Source: a virus
Reading direction: 5' to 3' (one strand)
Virus record (IMG/VR): IMGVR_UViG_3300036820_000013
Location: 1-64,000 of that record
Length of the DNA: 64,000 nt
Under the pieces are notes generated by a model. The model made no database searches and was not told the origin of the DNA. It was given only the letters and a program-made list of their open reading frames with translations. Below are positions 36,051-46,700 of this stretch, one piece after another (the first letter of the stretch is position 1; each line of letters begins with the position of its first letter). Made by a program: the position numbers and the translations under genes.

Positions 36051-36060
36051 TTCCTGCCTC

Positions 36061-36396
36061 CTAGTGTTCCGAGCCTGTTTGGCTCGTCACGTGTTCCTTC
36101 ATCTCGTCGTGCTTCTTATCGATATGGTCCGCAGTCAGTCCGGCTGTGATGAAGGAGAACACAGCACCCCAAAGCGGAATCATTGTAACCATCGATAGCT
36201 CACCGAGCGTATACGATTGCCAGCCTTGAAAGACTAGCGGGCAACCGTCCGTAGTAGCTAGGCCGGTCGCGCAGTACATGCCAAGCGCCGGCCCCGCATG
36301 CGTAGTCACGCCTAGCAGCAATCCCAGAACGACTATCAGGAGCGCCGTCAGCCCAAGCAGGCCTGCTGCACGCCGATGATGCTTATTGAGGCTCAC
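36061..36396 (-). CDS. KcsA-like 2TM/pore-loop mini channel
   Basis: TM1, pore helix, ATTDGC filter, TM2. Confidence 0.6.
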   Translation of the reverse strand: MSLNKHHRRAAGLLGLTALLIVVLGLLLGVTTHAGPALGMYCATGLATTDGCPLVFQGWQSYTLGELSMVTMIPLWGAVFSFITAGLTADHIDKKHDEMKEHVTSQTGSEH

Positions 36397-36754
36397 TGAG
36401 CTGTCCTTCTAGCAGCGTAACGATCCGCTCCAGCAGCTCGATCTCGGTCTTTGCTGGCCTGGCTTCCTCATGATGAAGATTGCACCACGGCGTACCTGCG
36501 ATCGTGTGCCGCCCGATACGCAAGCAACCCGTATGGTGACAATTGTACTTATGCCATGCACCCGATACGACACTGACTAGCGTCAGCGCAGTCAGGGCCG
36601 GCAAGAAGCCTGACAGGAGCTGATACGTCCATGGTGTGCCGTTCGGCGCTGGGTAGACTCCGATTCCGAAGGAGTCCGCCAACGGATGCAGCGCCATTTC
36701 GATGCCGAGCCAGATGACCAGCCCGGCTAGGATAGTCAGAATTGCTCGCTTCAC
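36383..36754 (-). CDS. Membrane protein with Cys/His motif
   Basis: 2 TM; NCHHTGC..IGRH..WC..HH. Confidence 0.7.
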   Translation of the reverse strand: MKRAILTILAGLVIWLGIEMALHPLADSFGIGVYPAPNGTPWTYQLLSGFLPALTALTLVSVVSGAWHKYNCHHTGCLRIGRHTIAGTPWCNLHHEEARPAKTEIELLERIVTLLEGQLSEPQ

Positions 36755-37353
36755 TTGTCCGCCTTCTTTGCATACTCATGAACGAATCGCCCGTCGGGCC
36801 CCAGCCTCGTAGTGAGTCGTCCTCTAGCCTCTTGTGGCCTCCAGTCCTCCCCTGGCGGAACCTTGCGATGTCCCACTGTCGGCGAATGGATATGCGGATG
36901 GAACCCTAGCCGCTCAGCTGCCTCACGAATTCGCGTATCCAAATGCCGCCAGCAAGGACGCTTCTTGCAGCATGGTTGTCCGTAAAGCGCACTCCAGTAT
37001 GGCAGGTACATGATGTCTGGAGGCGTAACAGCGTCTTGGAAGTCCGCACTGAACCGAGTACAGCCTAGAGCGCTCTCCAGCCACCCATCCAGCCTCAATG
37101 GATGCCTGTATGGGAACACGCACCAAGAGTCGACACAGCCTGCTAGTTGTGGTAGAACCTTGGCATGGATAGTAATATCGTGCTCGACAATCAAAAGATC
37201 GTCCGTTGCATCCCAACGCGTCGCTACAGCCTGCCAGTAAGCGTATGAGTCGCCAGCAGCTACGCTCACGATCTCAGCTTGCGGAGCGTACCGCTCGAGC
37301 GCTGCCTTCGCTGCAGGCCATGGCTCGCCAGTGGCGACGCATAGGATGCGCAT
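36751..37353 (-). CDS. GT-A fold glycosyltransferase-like protein
   Basis: LLIVEHD (DxD-like), LGCTRFS, W..LD, terminal H. Confidence 0.65.
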   Translation of the reverse strand: MRILCVATGEPWPAAKAALERYAPQAEIVSVAAGDSYAYWQAVATRWDATDDLLIVEHDITIHAKVLPQLAGCVDSWCVFPYRHPLRLDGWLESALGCTRFSADFQDAVTPPDIMYLPYWSALYGQPCCKKRPCWRHLDTRIREAAERLGFHPHIHSPTVGHRKVPPGEDWRPQEARGRLTTRLGPDGRFVHEYAKKADK

Positions 37354-37355
37354 TA

Positions 37356-37580
37356 CTAAGCCGCTACCTCCTTCTTACCGTTCGCGGAAGCCTTGGGCTG
37401 GTCTGCAGCAGCTGCCATCTTCGCGACCTGACTGAGCAGCGCCCGCTCACGCTCCTGCGACTCTTGCAGCGCAGCTTCCATGATTGCAGACTTGGTCTGC
37501 TCCTCGGCTAGCCGAGCCTTAAGAATATTGATCACGCGCTCGGGTTGGACACGTAGTTCGGATACTGCCTGGTCCGCCAT
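37356..37580 (-). CDS. Coiled-coil protein
   Basis: ORF. Confidence 0.65.
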   Translation of the reverse strand: MADQAVSELRVQPERVINILKARLAEEQTKSAIMEAALQESQERERALLSQVAKMAAAADQPKASANGKKEVAA

Positions 37581-37602
37581 GATGCCTGCCTTCCTGCTTA
37601 TG

Positions 37603-37953
37603 CTACTGGCCATTCCATAGACTAGCTAGAGCACTATCGAAGTCGAATGTAGCAGCGCCTGTCCCGCCGCTCCCTCCCTGCTGCACCGTACCGTAGTAGC
37701 ATCCGGCGACCGTGTTGAAGTATGCGATGACCTCCAGCGCCCAGGCAGCATCAGACTGGTCGCCTGGATTAGAGTCGTTAGCAGCCGACGCGTACCCCAT
37801 CTCTTCTAGATACGCCAGCCCCTGTCCGGTACCGTTGACTTGTGTAGATAGGTTAGCAGCCTGCTGCATGAGGTTGCGCATCTGCACGGCGATGCTGGTC
37901 AGTTGGTTGTTGATGGTTGCGTTAGTAGGTTGAGTGCCTACGCCTGATGTCAT
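37603..37953 (-). CDS. Hypothetical tail-associated protein
   Basis: AAAGGA SD; follows the fibre gene. Confidence 0.65.
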   Translation of the reverse strand: MTSGVGTQPTNATINNQLTSIAVQMRNLMQQAANLSTQVNGTGQGLAYLEEMGYASAANDSNPGDQSDAAWALEVIAYFNTVAGCYYGTVQQGGSGGTGAATFDFDSALASLWNGQ

Positions 37954-40517
37954 GGCCCGATCCTTTCGAAGATTGCCGCCTGCCCGACTATCGTACAAGT
38001 GCCTGCGACAGCGGCAGTGATGGACATAGTGGTTGACGCGGTCGTGTTAACGCTGATCGCTGTGCTACTCACGCCCATTACAGTAGAAGGTGTGGCTCCC
38101 GACGTACCGGAAGCCTCACCGATATGGACGACCGTTGTGTACCACGCCGTACCGCTGCTACCAATCGTCTCGACGGTAATCAGCGCCACCGCATACCAGG
38201 TGAACACGCTAGGGAGCGAAGCGGCTGCCGCCTCAGCCTCCGTGTTCCCGTACGCCAAAGTGTTCCAGTTCAGGTTGCTTGAGCTGTACGAGCCGGTACC
38301 GAACGCCGTAATGCGGTATGTGGTACCTGGCGCAGCGTCGTTCGCCGGAATGGAGAACGACGGAGTAACCGCGGTCTGAGAGCCGGTACTGGCCGAGTGC
38401 GAAGCCGGGACCGCGCCTATCGTGTTCGTGAGTTGCCCATTGAATCCATTAGCACTCTTGAAAGCGGCATTTCCGTCCGCGTCTGCATAAAAAAGCGCAT
38501 ACTGATTAGCAGGCGTACCAGACTGCGTAACCATTTCCAGGCCGCCGCCGCCAGCTGAGCCTGTTCCCAGTACTAGGTTCCCAGCCGTACTAGCCGCTAG
38601 CGTTGTATACTTCGTATTGCTATTATACAGCCCAAGGCCAGCTGGATAGGTGTTGCTATACCCATCCGTTCCTGAGACCGGCGAAACGCTGACTACTAGA
38701 TTAGACGTAGCCGGAGTTCCGCTGTAGGCTAGGAACTCACCCGACGAGCCGTCGACAACAATACTCGTACCGGTAATCGTGCCAGCCTGGATCACGGCGC
38801 TCACTAGCGTCGCTGTCTCAATTGTCGTGCTATTGACAATTCCAGCAACGACTATGTCCGCGACCAGATTGCTAGCTGCGATTGTGCCAGCCGCGATCAA
38901 CGAACCCGTAATCGTGCTAGCAGCAATCAGATCTGCAGTAATAGTAGCGGCTGCGATTTCCGTAGCGGTAATCGTGCCCGCCGCGATCAACGAGCCTGTA
39001 ATGGTACTCGCAGCGATCTGCGAGGCAGTGATCGTATTGGCTGCGATGTTACTAGCTACGATCGTACCAGCAGCGATCTGCACAGCAGTAATAGCACCGG
39101 CTGCGATCTGCGTAGCCGTGATCGTATTAGCTACGATGTTAGCGGCAGTAATCGTCCCCGCCGCAATCAAGCTGCCAGTGATTGTAGCAGCCTCAATTAG
39201 GCTGCCAGTAATCGTGCCTGCAGCGATCTGCGCGGCAGTAATTGTGTTGGCCGCAATTTGACTAGCAGTGACCGCTCCTGCTGCAATCAGCGATGTCGTG
39301 ATCGCTTGCGCCTCGATCAAGCCGCTCGTGATAGTCCCGGCGGTGATCACATCGCTGGCTGTAAAGCTAACAGCCGTCCAAGCTGAGCCGCTGTACTGCT
39401 GCAGCTGGTAGCCGTTAGCCGAGTCGATCCAGATATCGCCTGCGATCGGGCTGCCTGGAGCCGAGCCTGCGATCGTTGTTGTTATCCCGCCGAGGGTCCG
39501 AGCAGTCACCGAACCTGACAGAAGCGATGCAGTAACTGATCCTGCCGTTAGAACGTCAGAGGCCGTAAACGAAACCGCTACCCAAGCAGATCCGGAATAT
39601 TGATTGATCTGATAGCCGCTAGCTGAGTTGATCCAGATATCTCCAGCAACAGGTGAACCTGGAGCAGAGCCTGCAATCGTAGTAGTAATGCCGCCTAGAC
39701 TACGAGCTGTAATGCTGCCGCTCAGCAACGTAGCGCCCACGGAACCTGCCGCGAGGACATCAGCTGCGTTCCAGCTAATAGCCGTCCAGGCAGATCCGGA
39801 ATACTGTTCTAGCTGGAAGCCTGACGAGCTGTTAACCCATAGGTCGCCTGCCGCCGGCGAGCCTGGCGCAGACGATGCAATCGTCGTCGTAATACCGCCA
39901 AGCGCCCTAGCCGTAACCGCGCTGTTCAATGCTGCCAGACCAACAGCAGCACTAGCTATAGCTGCTGACCCAACAGCGTCATCCGCTATCTGAGCCGCTC
40001 CGACAGCTCCATCAATCAGCTGCGGCTGGCCGACAGCATCATCAGCCAGCTGGGACTGCCCTACGGAAGCATCAATTAGTTGTGCAGTCCCAACAGCATT
40101 ATCAGACAGCAAGGCTTGAATGATCGAGTTGTCCGCAATTGCGCTCGTGCCGTACTGATAGACAACCCATTCGGAAGTACCTTCATCGTACACTTCCATA
40201 ACGGCTGTGCCGCTGCTCGTATTGAACCAGAACTCTCCGCCGGTCGGATCAGACGGCTCAGTCGGCCCAAGGACTACAGTTGTACCGTTAGCACCTACGA
40301 TGGTAATGTCAGAAGTTAGCTCACCCGTGCCGTCAGCGTTTAGGACAAACCCTGACGTCCCCGGTACATAGTTAGACGAGCCTAGCGCGGTCCGGTTCAG
40401 TGTAGTGCCTAGTGCCACTGGGTCAGTAGCCAATACCTCAAGATTAGTAATGCGTCGACTGAGACTAGCAATCGTGCTAACAAGCCGTTGCTCGATAGTT
40501 ATCGGACGCCCAGTCAA
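37950..40517 (-). CDS. Tail fibre/minor tail protein with repeats
   Basis: 10-aa ITAxxIAAGT repeats and three APGSP..GDIW repeats; TTG start overlaps the upstream stop. Confidence 0.8.
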   Translation of the reverse strand: MTGRPITIEQRLVSTIASLSRRITNLEVLATDPVALGTTLNRTALGSSNYVPGTSGFVLNADGTGELTSDITIVGANGTTVVLGPTEPSDPTGGEFWFNTSSGTAVMEVYDEGTSEWVVYQYGTSAIADNSIIQALLSDNAVGTAQLIDASVGQSQLADDAVGQPQLIDGAVGAAQIADDAVGSAAIASAAVGLAALNSAVTARALGGITTTIASSAPGSPAAGDLWVNSSSGFQLEQYSGSAWTAISWNAADVLAAGSVGATLLSGSITARSLGGITTTIAGSAPGSPVAGDIWINSASGYQINQYSGSAWVAVSFTASDVLTAGSVTASLLSGSVTARTLGGITTTIAGSAPGSPIAGDIWIDSANGYQLQQYSGSAWTAVSFTASDVITAGTITSGLIEAQAITTSLIAAGAVTASQIAANTITAAQIAAGTITGSLIEAATITGSLIAAGTITAANIVANTITATQIAAGAITAVQIAAGTIVASNIAANTITASQIAASTITGSLIAAGTITATEIAAATITADLIAASTITGSLIAAGTIAASNLVADIVVAGIVNSTTIETATLVSAVIQAGTITGTSIVVDGSSGEFLAYSGTPATSNLVVSVSPVSGTDGYSNTYPAGLGLYNSNTKYTTLAASTAGNLVLGTGSAGGGGLEMVTQSGTPANQYALFYADADGNAAFKSANGFNGQLTNTIGAVPASHSASTGSQTAVTPSFSIPANDAAPGTTYRITAFGTGSYSSSNLNWNTLAYGNTEAEAAAASLPSVFTWYAVALITVETIGSSGTAWYTTVVHIGEASGTSGATPSTVMGVSSTAISVNTTASTTMSITAAVAGTCTIVGQAAIFERIGP

Positions 40518-41761
40518 TCTGATGTCTCCGGTCCTGCGATCGCGGTAATGCTGCCTAGCTGCGTTGGTCCTAGCCCGAGCTGCCAAGCGATCTGTTCCGC
40601 TTGCTGTCCTGTTGGGAAGGTTAGTGTCCAGCCTGTGATCTGGAACAGTTGCGTGATGCCCGGTGCTCCATAAGGGCCTGCTGGATGCAAATCAGAAGTG
40701 CCGGCGAACATCGCCTCGTCGCCCAGAATAACTTGGTTCACGAATGGCAACGACCCATCGCCGCCATAGACAACTGGAGTCAAGCCGGCCGTGATCATCA
40801 ATGGATACAACGAGCCGATCGCAAACTGGTTCAGCTGGTCTTGACCAGTCACTGTCCCGAAGTAGGAGGTGTTACCTTCCAGGAGGGGGTAACCGTTAGC
40901 CAGCTCAGTGTTTGCGGTCGCTATCGAGATGTAGTTCTCCGACGCTCCATAGCCTGATACAACCAAACGGTTCGCAGGATTCTGCGGTACCCACTGCCAA
41001 CCATAGTCCTGCATATGATAGGCCGGAATGACTAGCTGGAACCCTGTCTCAGCGTAAGTCCGCCCCATCTGGGGGATGCCCATCTGAGTAATGGTGTACA
41101 GAGATCCATCGCTCGTCATCGCAGGCGTTAGTGCAAACTCGAGCAGGTACATATCGACCAGGTCGCCCCAGGCGCTGTAGATCGACTTGTACGAGGCCTG
41201 CTCCGTGATCGATCCAGTGATACCTGAGTACTGCAACGTATCAACGACGCCTGCTTGGTTCTGGAACGTCCCCGAACCGGAGATCATACCATTAGGCGTC
41301 TTGCTAAGTGCATACTGCAGTTCCTGCCTAAAGATCTCAAAGACATCCGTGTTCGTATAGGTCAGGTCATCCGTGATCTGCCGATAGTTGAAGAACTGCT
41401 CCATTGTCGCTGCCTGAACGGGCAAGTTTCCACCAGACAAGCTATCGTGCGGTAGGCCTGTTACAGGGCCATTCCAAATAGGCACACCATTTTGCAAGAT
41501 CCACAGAATAGACTTGTATGGGAGCATCGAGTTGATCCAGTACGAACGCTGCGCTGGCGTAACATTCTGAGCCAGCGTAAGCGAGCCGCTGAACTGCCCA
41601 ATGTTGTTGATCTGCCGCGAGGCTGACTGGCCTACCAACGGCAAATCGTCACACAGTACTTGCCCAGTTAGCGTGTCGGTCGAGACAAAGCGGTACCCGG
41701 ACAGTCGCTGCGCCAGCTGCCGATCGGCGAGGCTGGCTGCTGCGCTAACTGTGCTGGCCAC
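40514..41761 (-). CDS. Minor tail protein
   Basis: Position; PIWNGP motif typical of actinophage minor tails. Confidence 0.75.
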   Translation of the reverse strand: MASTVSAAASLADRQLAQRLSGYRFVSTDTLTGQVLCDDLPLVGQSASRQINNIGQFSGSLTLAQNVTPAQRSYWINSMLPYKSILWILQNGVPIWNGPVTGLPHDSLSGGNLPVQAATMEQFFNYRQITDDLTYTNTDVFEIFRQELQYALSKTPNGMISGSGTFQNQAGVVDTLQYSGITGSITEQASYKSIYSAWGDLVDMYLLEFALTPAMTSDGSLYTITQMGIPQMGRTYAETGFQLVIPAYHMQDYGWQWVPQNPANRLVVSGYGASENYISIATANTELANGYPLLEGNTSYFGTVTGQDQLNQFAIGSLYPLMITAGLTPVVYGGDGSLPFVNQVILGDEAMFAGTSDLHPAGPYGAPGITQLFQITGWTLTFPTGQQAEQIAWQLGLGPTQLGSITAIAGPETSD

Positions 41762-42855
41762 TATAGCGTCACCGGCTGTACGCGTAGGTAGGCTAGGTGG
41801 CCGGAGTTAGCCACTACGCTGACATTCTCAGACGTAGGCGTCTGCTGAAATGCTAGCGCCTTCCAAGTAATCGTGTGGTTGCCTGCTGATGGAGTATCGC
41901 CGGCAGCTGCCGAAGTCGTGTAAATGCTCGTTCCGCCGTTGTAAGCCCAAGTGATACCACTGACCATACCGGCAGAGGTCTCGATCATGTCAAGCTGAGT
42001 ACTATCAATGTAGATCGCGAACTGCACTTCAGTTGGTGTAGGCGTCACCATCGACAAGCCCAACCAGTGGATCGTGATCTCAATATCGGTAGTGCCATCA
42101 GTTGTGATCGACGCCGACATCGAAGTCGCTCCGAACGTGACCGTCACTAGTGAGCCGCTGCTACCGACAACGCCTGTTAGTGTAGCCGCTGAGCTACCAA
42201 CAACCTGCGTCGGAGTCCACCCCATAACCTTGAATGGCTTCGCACCAGCTGCCGTCAGCATAAAGTAGCGGTTGTTAACAACGTCGTACCCAACAGTCCC
42301 AGCATCGCCAGTCGGCAGGCTACTCATGTTTGGGCAAACGATAACTCCGCCAGCCAGAGCGGTCCAGACGCGCTCGTCTGTAATGTTACTCTGCAGAATA
42401 GTCGTCACGCCAGAACCGACGGCGACTTGCGCTAGCGCGACTGAGTCAGATGGGGTCGCAGGAGCCGCCGGACTGCTGCTAGCAGTGCCCTCAACGAGTT
42501 GCACCTCACAATATGACGTGCTGTTGCCGTTGTCAACTACCGTTGCACAGATTAGGTCAATGCGGGAGTTTGGGCTTGACGGAGCTGTCGGAACGACGAG
42601 TGTAGCAGTCGTCGGGTTGAAGACGCGGTACTGACCGCTGCCTGCAGCGTTCGGGACTACAGCAGTCCCAACTAGCACCTGAATACTCATGCCGCTATAT
42701 GAGACAACCTCGAGGTCGCCAGTGCCAGTAGCCAGCACCCCACCCATAGTCTGAGTGCCGTAGGTTGTTGCATCGATATCTGCGCGTCCGATAGCATCCG
42801 TAAACGTCGAACCGGCCAACCAGGGGCAGTACCCGAGGTTTACGCTAGTCGCCAT
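41761..42855 (-). CDS. Minor tail protein
   Basis: RIDLI, LAQV.V, ITDER. Confidence 0.8.
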   Translation of the reverse strand: MATSVNLGYCPWLAGSTFTDAIGRADIDATTYGTQTMGGVLATGTGDLEVVSYSGMSIQVLVGTAVVPNAAGSGQYRVFNPTTATLVVPTAPSSPNSRIDLICATVVDNGNSTSYCEVQLVEGTASSSPAAPATPSDSVALAQVAVGSGVTTILQSNITDERVWTALAGGVIVCPNMSSLPTGDAGTVGYDVVNNRYFMLTAAGAKPFKVMGWTPTQVVGSSAATLTGVVGSSGSLVTVTFGATSMSASITTDGTTDIEITIHWLGLSMVTPTPTEVQFAIYIDSTQLDMIETSAGMVSGITWAYNGGTSIYTTSAAAGDTPSAGNHTITWKALAFQQTPTSENVSVVANSGHLAYLRVQPVTL

Positions 42856-42864
42856 CCCAACCTC

Positions 42865-43761
42865 CTATATCCATGCCGCCTGATAGGCTACTAGTAGTTG
42901 ACCGCCGCTATTACCTGCAGCGGAAATAAGCGATATCGGATTTTGTCCAGGCCATAGCGTGAACCAGCCCGACGTGATATCAGCCGGTACATAGACGCCA
43001 TTCAGGAAGGCCTGCCGCGCATCAAAGTCGATCAGCATCTGATCGCCAGTCCGAAGCGTTACTAGCGGATTCCACCACGAAACAGTCTGACCAGTAGTGA
43101 TTAGCGTAATTGCCGGTCCTGCAATCGGACCGTACAGGACCATATCGGGCCTGGTCTCATAAGTCCCAGGATTGTAACACTGCACGATGCCTGGAGCGAC
43201 ACCCGTAGACAGCGTGATCGGGATGGTGGCCGGGATCGTGATCTCTGTTGGAGCCGTAGCAGTGGCCGACGCTGAGGCATACACAGTCTGCGAATACTTA
43301 CGAGGATCGGGAGCCACCATGACGACCGAGAACACAGCCTCGAGAAGATTATCATACTGCTCTGTAATCTGGCCAGAGCGGCGAATATACGCTACCTTAG
43401 GAATCGGCTCGTTGTAAGTGAATGCGCAAAGGTCATTGACCGGAACGACCTGCTGCAGCAGCGCCCTAGCTAGATCACGGAGCGCTTGCGTAGGAGCCGA
43501 AGCCCTCAATGTAAGCGTCATTGTCCGCGCACCGTAATACTGCGCCGCCGGATAGGTACCTTGATCAGCCGCTCGCTGGATGACCTGGCCCGATACCTGT
43601 GGACTATCCCAACCCTCGAGCTTCTGAATGATCCAGGCGATTCCGTTTGAGTCCGGACCGGTTCCCATACTGATCACCAACGGCGACGTCATATACGGAG
43701 CCTGGTAGGAGAACGATCCAGTCCAGTATCCTGTATCAACGGACAGCGTTGGCGTAGTCAT
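42865..43761 (-). CDS. Distal tail (Dit-like) protein
   Basis: Follows TMP; APDPRKY, WFTLWPG.N, AAWI. Confidence 0.8.
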   Translation of the reverse strand: MTTPTLSVDTGYWTGSFSYQAPYMTSPLVISMGTGPDSNGIAWIIQKLEGWDSPQVSGQVIQRAADQGTYPAAQYYGARTMTLTLRASAPTQALRDLARALLQQVVPVNDLCAFTYNEPIPKVAYIRRSGQITEQYDNLLEAVFSVVMVAPDPRKYSQTVYASASATATAPTEITIPATIPITLSTGVAPGIVQCYNPGTYETRPDMVLYGPIAGPAITLITTGQTVSWWNPLVTLRTGDQMLIDFDARQAFLNGVYVPADITSGWFTLWPGQNPISLISAAGNSGGQLLVAYQAAWI

Positions 43762-46700
43762 TAGGGAGCCACTCCTAGAGCAAGGGCCAAGTTAACCTTT
43801 TGCTGTGCCATCATCTCTGGCGTCGGGTACTGCGTGCCATAGTACTGCTGGTACACTGTAACGCTCTTTCCACCGCCAGGTCCAACTGGCGTGATGTCGA
43901 CACCGCCCCCTGGACGCGCGTAAGCAGCCTCCATGCCTTGCTCTCCGACCCACGCATTCTGCCCTGGAGGAAGGAACCCGCCCGCGGCCAAAGATCCATA
44001 CACCTGGTTCGCAATCCCAGGACGTGTGTCCGAGAATAGCACTGCAGGCCGCTCAAAGTATTCCGAGTAAATCTGGCCAGCGGCTGTTGCCGTAGCTGCC
44101 GAGTTCAGCAATGGAATAAACTCAGACCAGGTCTTGTTATACTCCAACAAGTCCGCCATCTGAATTGCTAGGTCGTGACTAGCATTGCCTGTGACAATTG
44201 GTTGATATGGCCTAGCAGAACTAGGCGGAGTCCAACCAATCAGGCCCGCGCCTCCGGACCCGACAGACTCAGGGTTGCCGCCCGACTCACCATAGATGTC
44301 ACCCGCGATGCCAGCCGCTGCGGTCCGCGTATAGCCGTTCGCCATCAAGTACCTTGCTACAGTGACTAGGTTCGTTAGCGAATCGCCAGCTGAAATGCCG
44401 CCTGGGACGCCTGCACCTGCAGTTACAGCACCCTTAAATGTCGTAGTCAAAGCGCGTATCAGGTCTGTCACGATAGTCTTTGGGATCTGAACGATCATGC
44501 CGGCTAGGTCTCCCGTAGCCCCACCCGATCCGCCCGTGAACTTCATCATGTCGTTCAATAGCGCGGTTGTGTTACCTGTAGCCAATGCGGCGACCAGAGA
44601 ACCGATATCCTTGATTCCACTGAACACATCAGAAGCCGCACCACTAACAGCTCCTGTAATGTCACTAATCACTCCACCGCCCGGAATACCTCCGGAAGCA
44701 TACCCAGGAACGCCGAGCGCCTTAAACACGCTCGCCAGCTTAGAGCTGTGCTCCTTGCTCACGACCGTCTCGCCTGGCTCGATCATGGCCGGAACGATGT
44801 CGCCGCCGCCCCAACCTGGCACTCGCATGCTCCGATCAGCCTTGCCTCCAGCTGCGAAGTTGAACGTCGGCAGGGAAGGCACGCCTGGAATCTTTGCAGC
44901 CACATCATTCCACAGACGAGCAATGCCGCCGTCATAAACTGTGTTGACTAGGAACTTGACTGGTGACTCGAAAATGCCTTCTAGTGAGCTCCACGTACTC
45001 TTAATCCCGCTCACAGCTCCAGAGAAGCCGCTCTTCATATCGCTCCAGACATTCTGGAGCATGCTCATGATCGAGTTCCAGACGCTCTTTGTTGTGCTCT
45101 CGATGTCATCCCACGTGCTAGTTAGGAACGACCTGAAGGCATTGAAGATGCTCTCGCCAAAGCTCTTGAAGTTGTTCCACTCACTATCGAAGAACGAGCT
45201 AATCGCGTTCCAGGTCGACTTCATGAACGACGAAATATTGTTCCAGGTCTGCTCTAGGAAGTCCTTGAAGTCATTGAAGATGTTCTCGCCATACTCTTCC
45301 CAGGCCTTCCATGCATCCTGGAAAAACTCATCTATAGCGTTCCAGATCTGTTCACCATAAGTCTTGATGTCGTCCCAGGCCTGACTCCAGTGCCCCGAGA
45401 GCAAGTCGATCATAACGCTAAACAGGGCGACCAGGGTGTCCCAACCGACCTTCTCGATGAGCTGAATCGCCGCCCAAGCGGTCTCAGCAACCGCCTGAAC
45501 AGTATCCCAAAGTATCTTCCAGGCCAGCTCAATAACCGAGACGCCTTCGTTCCAGACCAGCTGAATAGCAGCCCAAACTACCTTAAAGAGCGTCTCGAGT
45601 ACAGCGCCCGCAGTCTCTCCGACCAGCTCCAACGTGTCCCAGAGCATCCTCCAGGTCAGCTCAACAAAGTTGGCGCCTTCGCTCCAAGCACCCTCAACAA
45701 TGTCCCAGAGGACCTTGACGATACCCTCAAGCTGGTCCGCACCGATATCAAAGGTGCTCTCGAGCACGCTCCAAAGAGTCTTGACGAGCGGCATCAGGAT
45801 GTCGTAGAACTCCTCAAAGGTCCCGCTAATCGTCCCCCAGACCTGCTGCCAAATCGCCTCTAGCGCCGACCCGTGAGTCTTCCACCAGGTATCGAAACTG
45901 GTCTCGAAGAACGTGATCAGGCGAGCTGCTCCATGGACTACCGGGTCATAAATGTCGTTGCCAATATCGTTCCAGATACCAGCAGCGTCATCCACCGTAT
46001 CCTTCCAGACCTGCTCTAGCGCGGCAGTACTATCCCGCCAGCTATTGACCAGGTTCTGACCGGTCTGCTTCGCAGCATTCTCAAAGTCGCCCCAGAGCTG
46101 CTCAACAATCAGGATGCCGTTATCCCAACCCTTGATCATCAACTGCAGAGGCGCATCGAAGTAGTCTGACTCAATATAATGACCGATTGCGGTAAAGAAG
46201 TTCTTGATGTCTTCCAGGACGCTATTGTTCGCGATCTTGCTCGGGTCGACAGCCGTATCCATTTTCTGGCCAGCCTTCGTAGCAGAATCGCCTGCAGCGG
46301 TGAAGCTCTGGACCAGTTCAGCATTGTACGTATTGATCTGCTGCGTACTCCAGCCGAGCTTAGTGCGCAAGAAGTCATCTAGCTGTGCTAGGTCATTCTT
46401 GTAGGCCGAGCTGCCCTCGCCACTATTCTTCAGAGCCTGTGTCGTAGCGTCAAGCAACCCATTGAAGCCGCCCTGCGCTATCACAGCCTTGTCCGTTGCC
46501 TGAATAACATCTGTCTGCAGCGTACCGGTGAAGTCCGTTGCAATGCTATTCAGGTTGCCCAACTTCTGCGTAGCCTGATCAACAGCGGTATTCAGATCAT
46601 CCTGAGCACTCTTAGTATTACCAACCCATTGAGTCAGCTGCTTGTAACTGCTGATGTTCGGGTCGATCTGCTGAGCAACGCCTATCAGCTCCGCTTGTGC

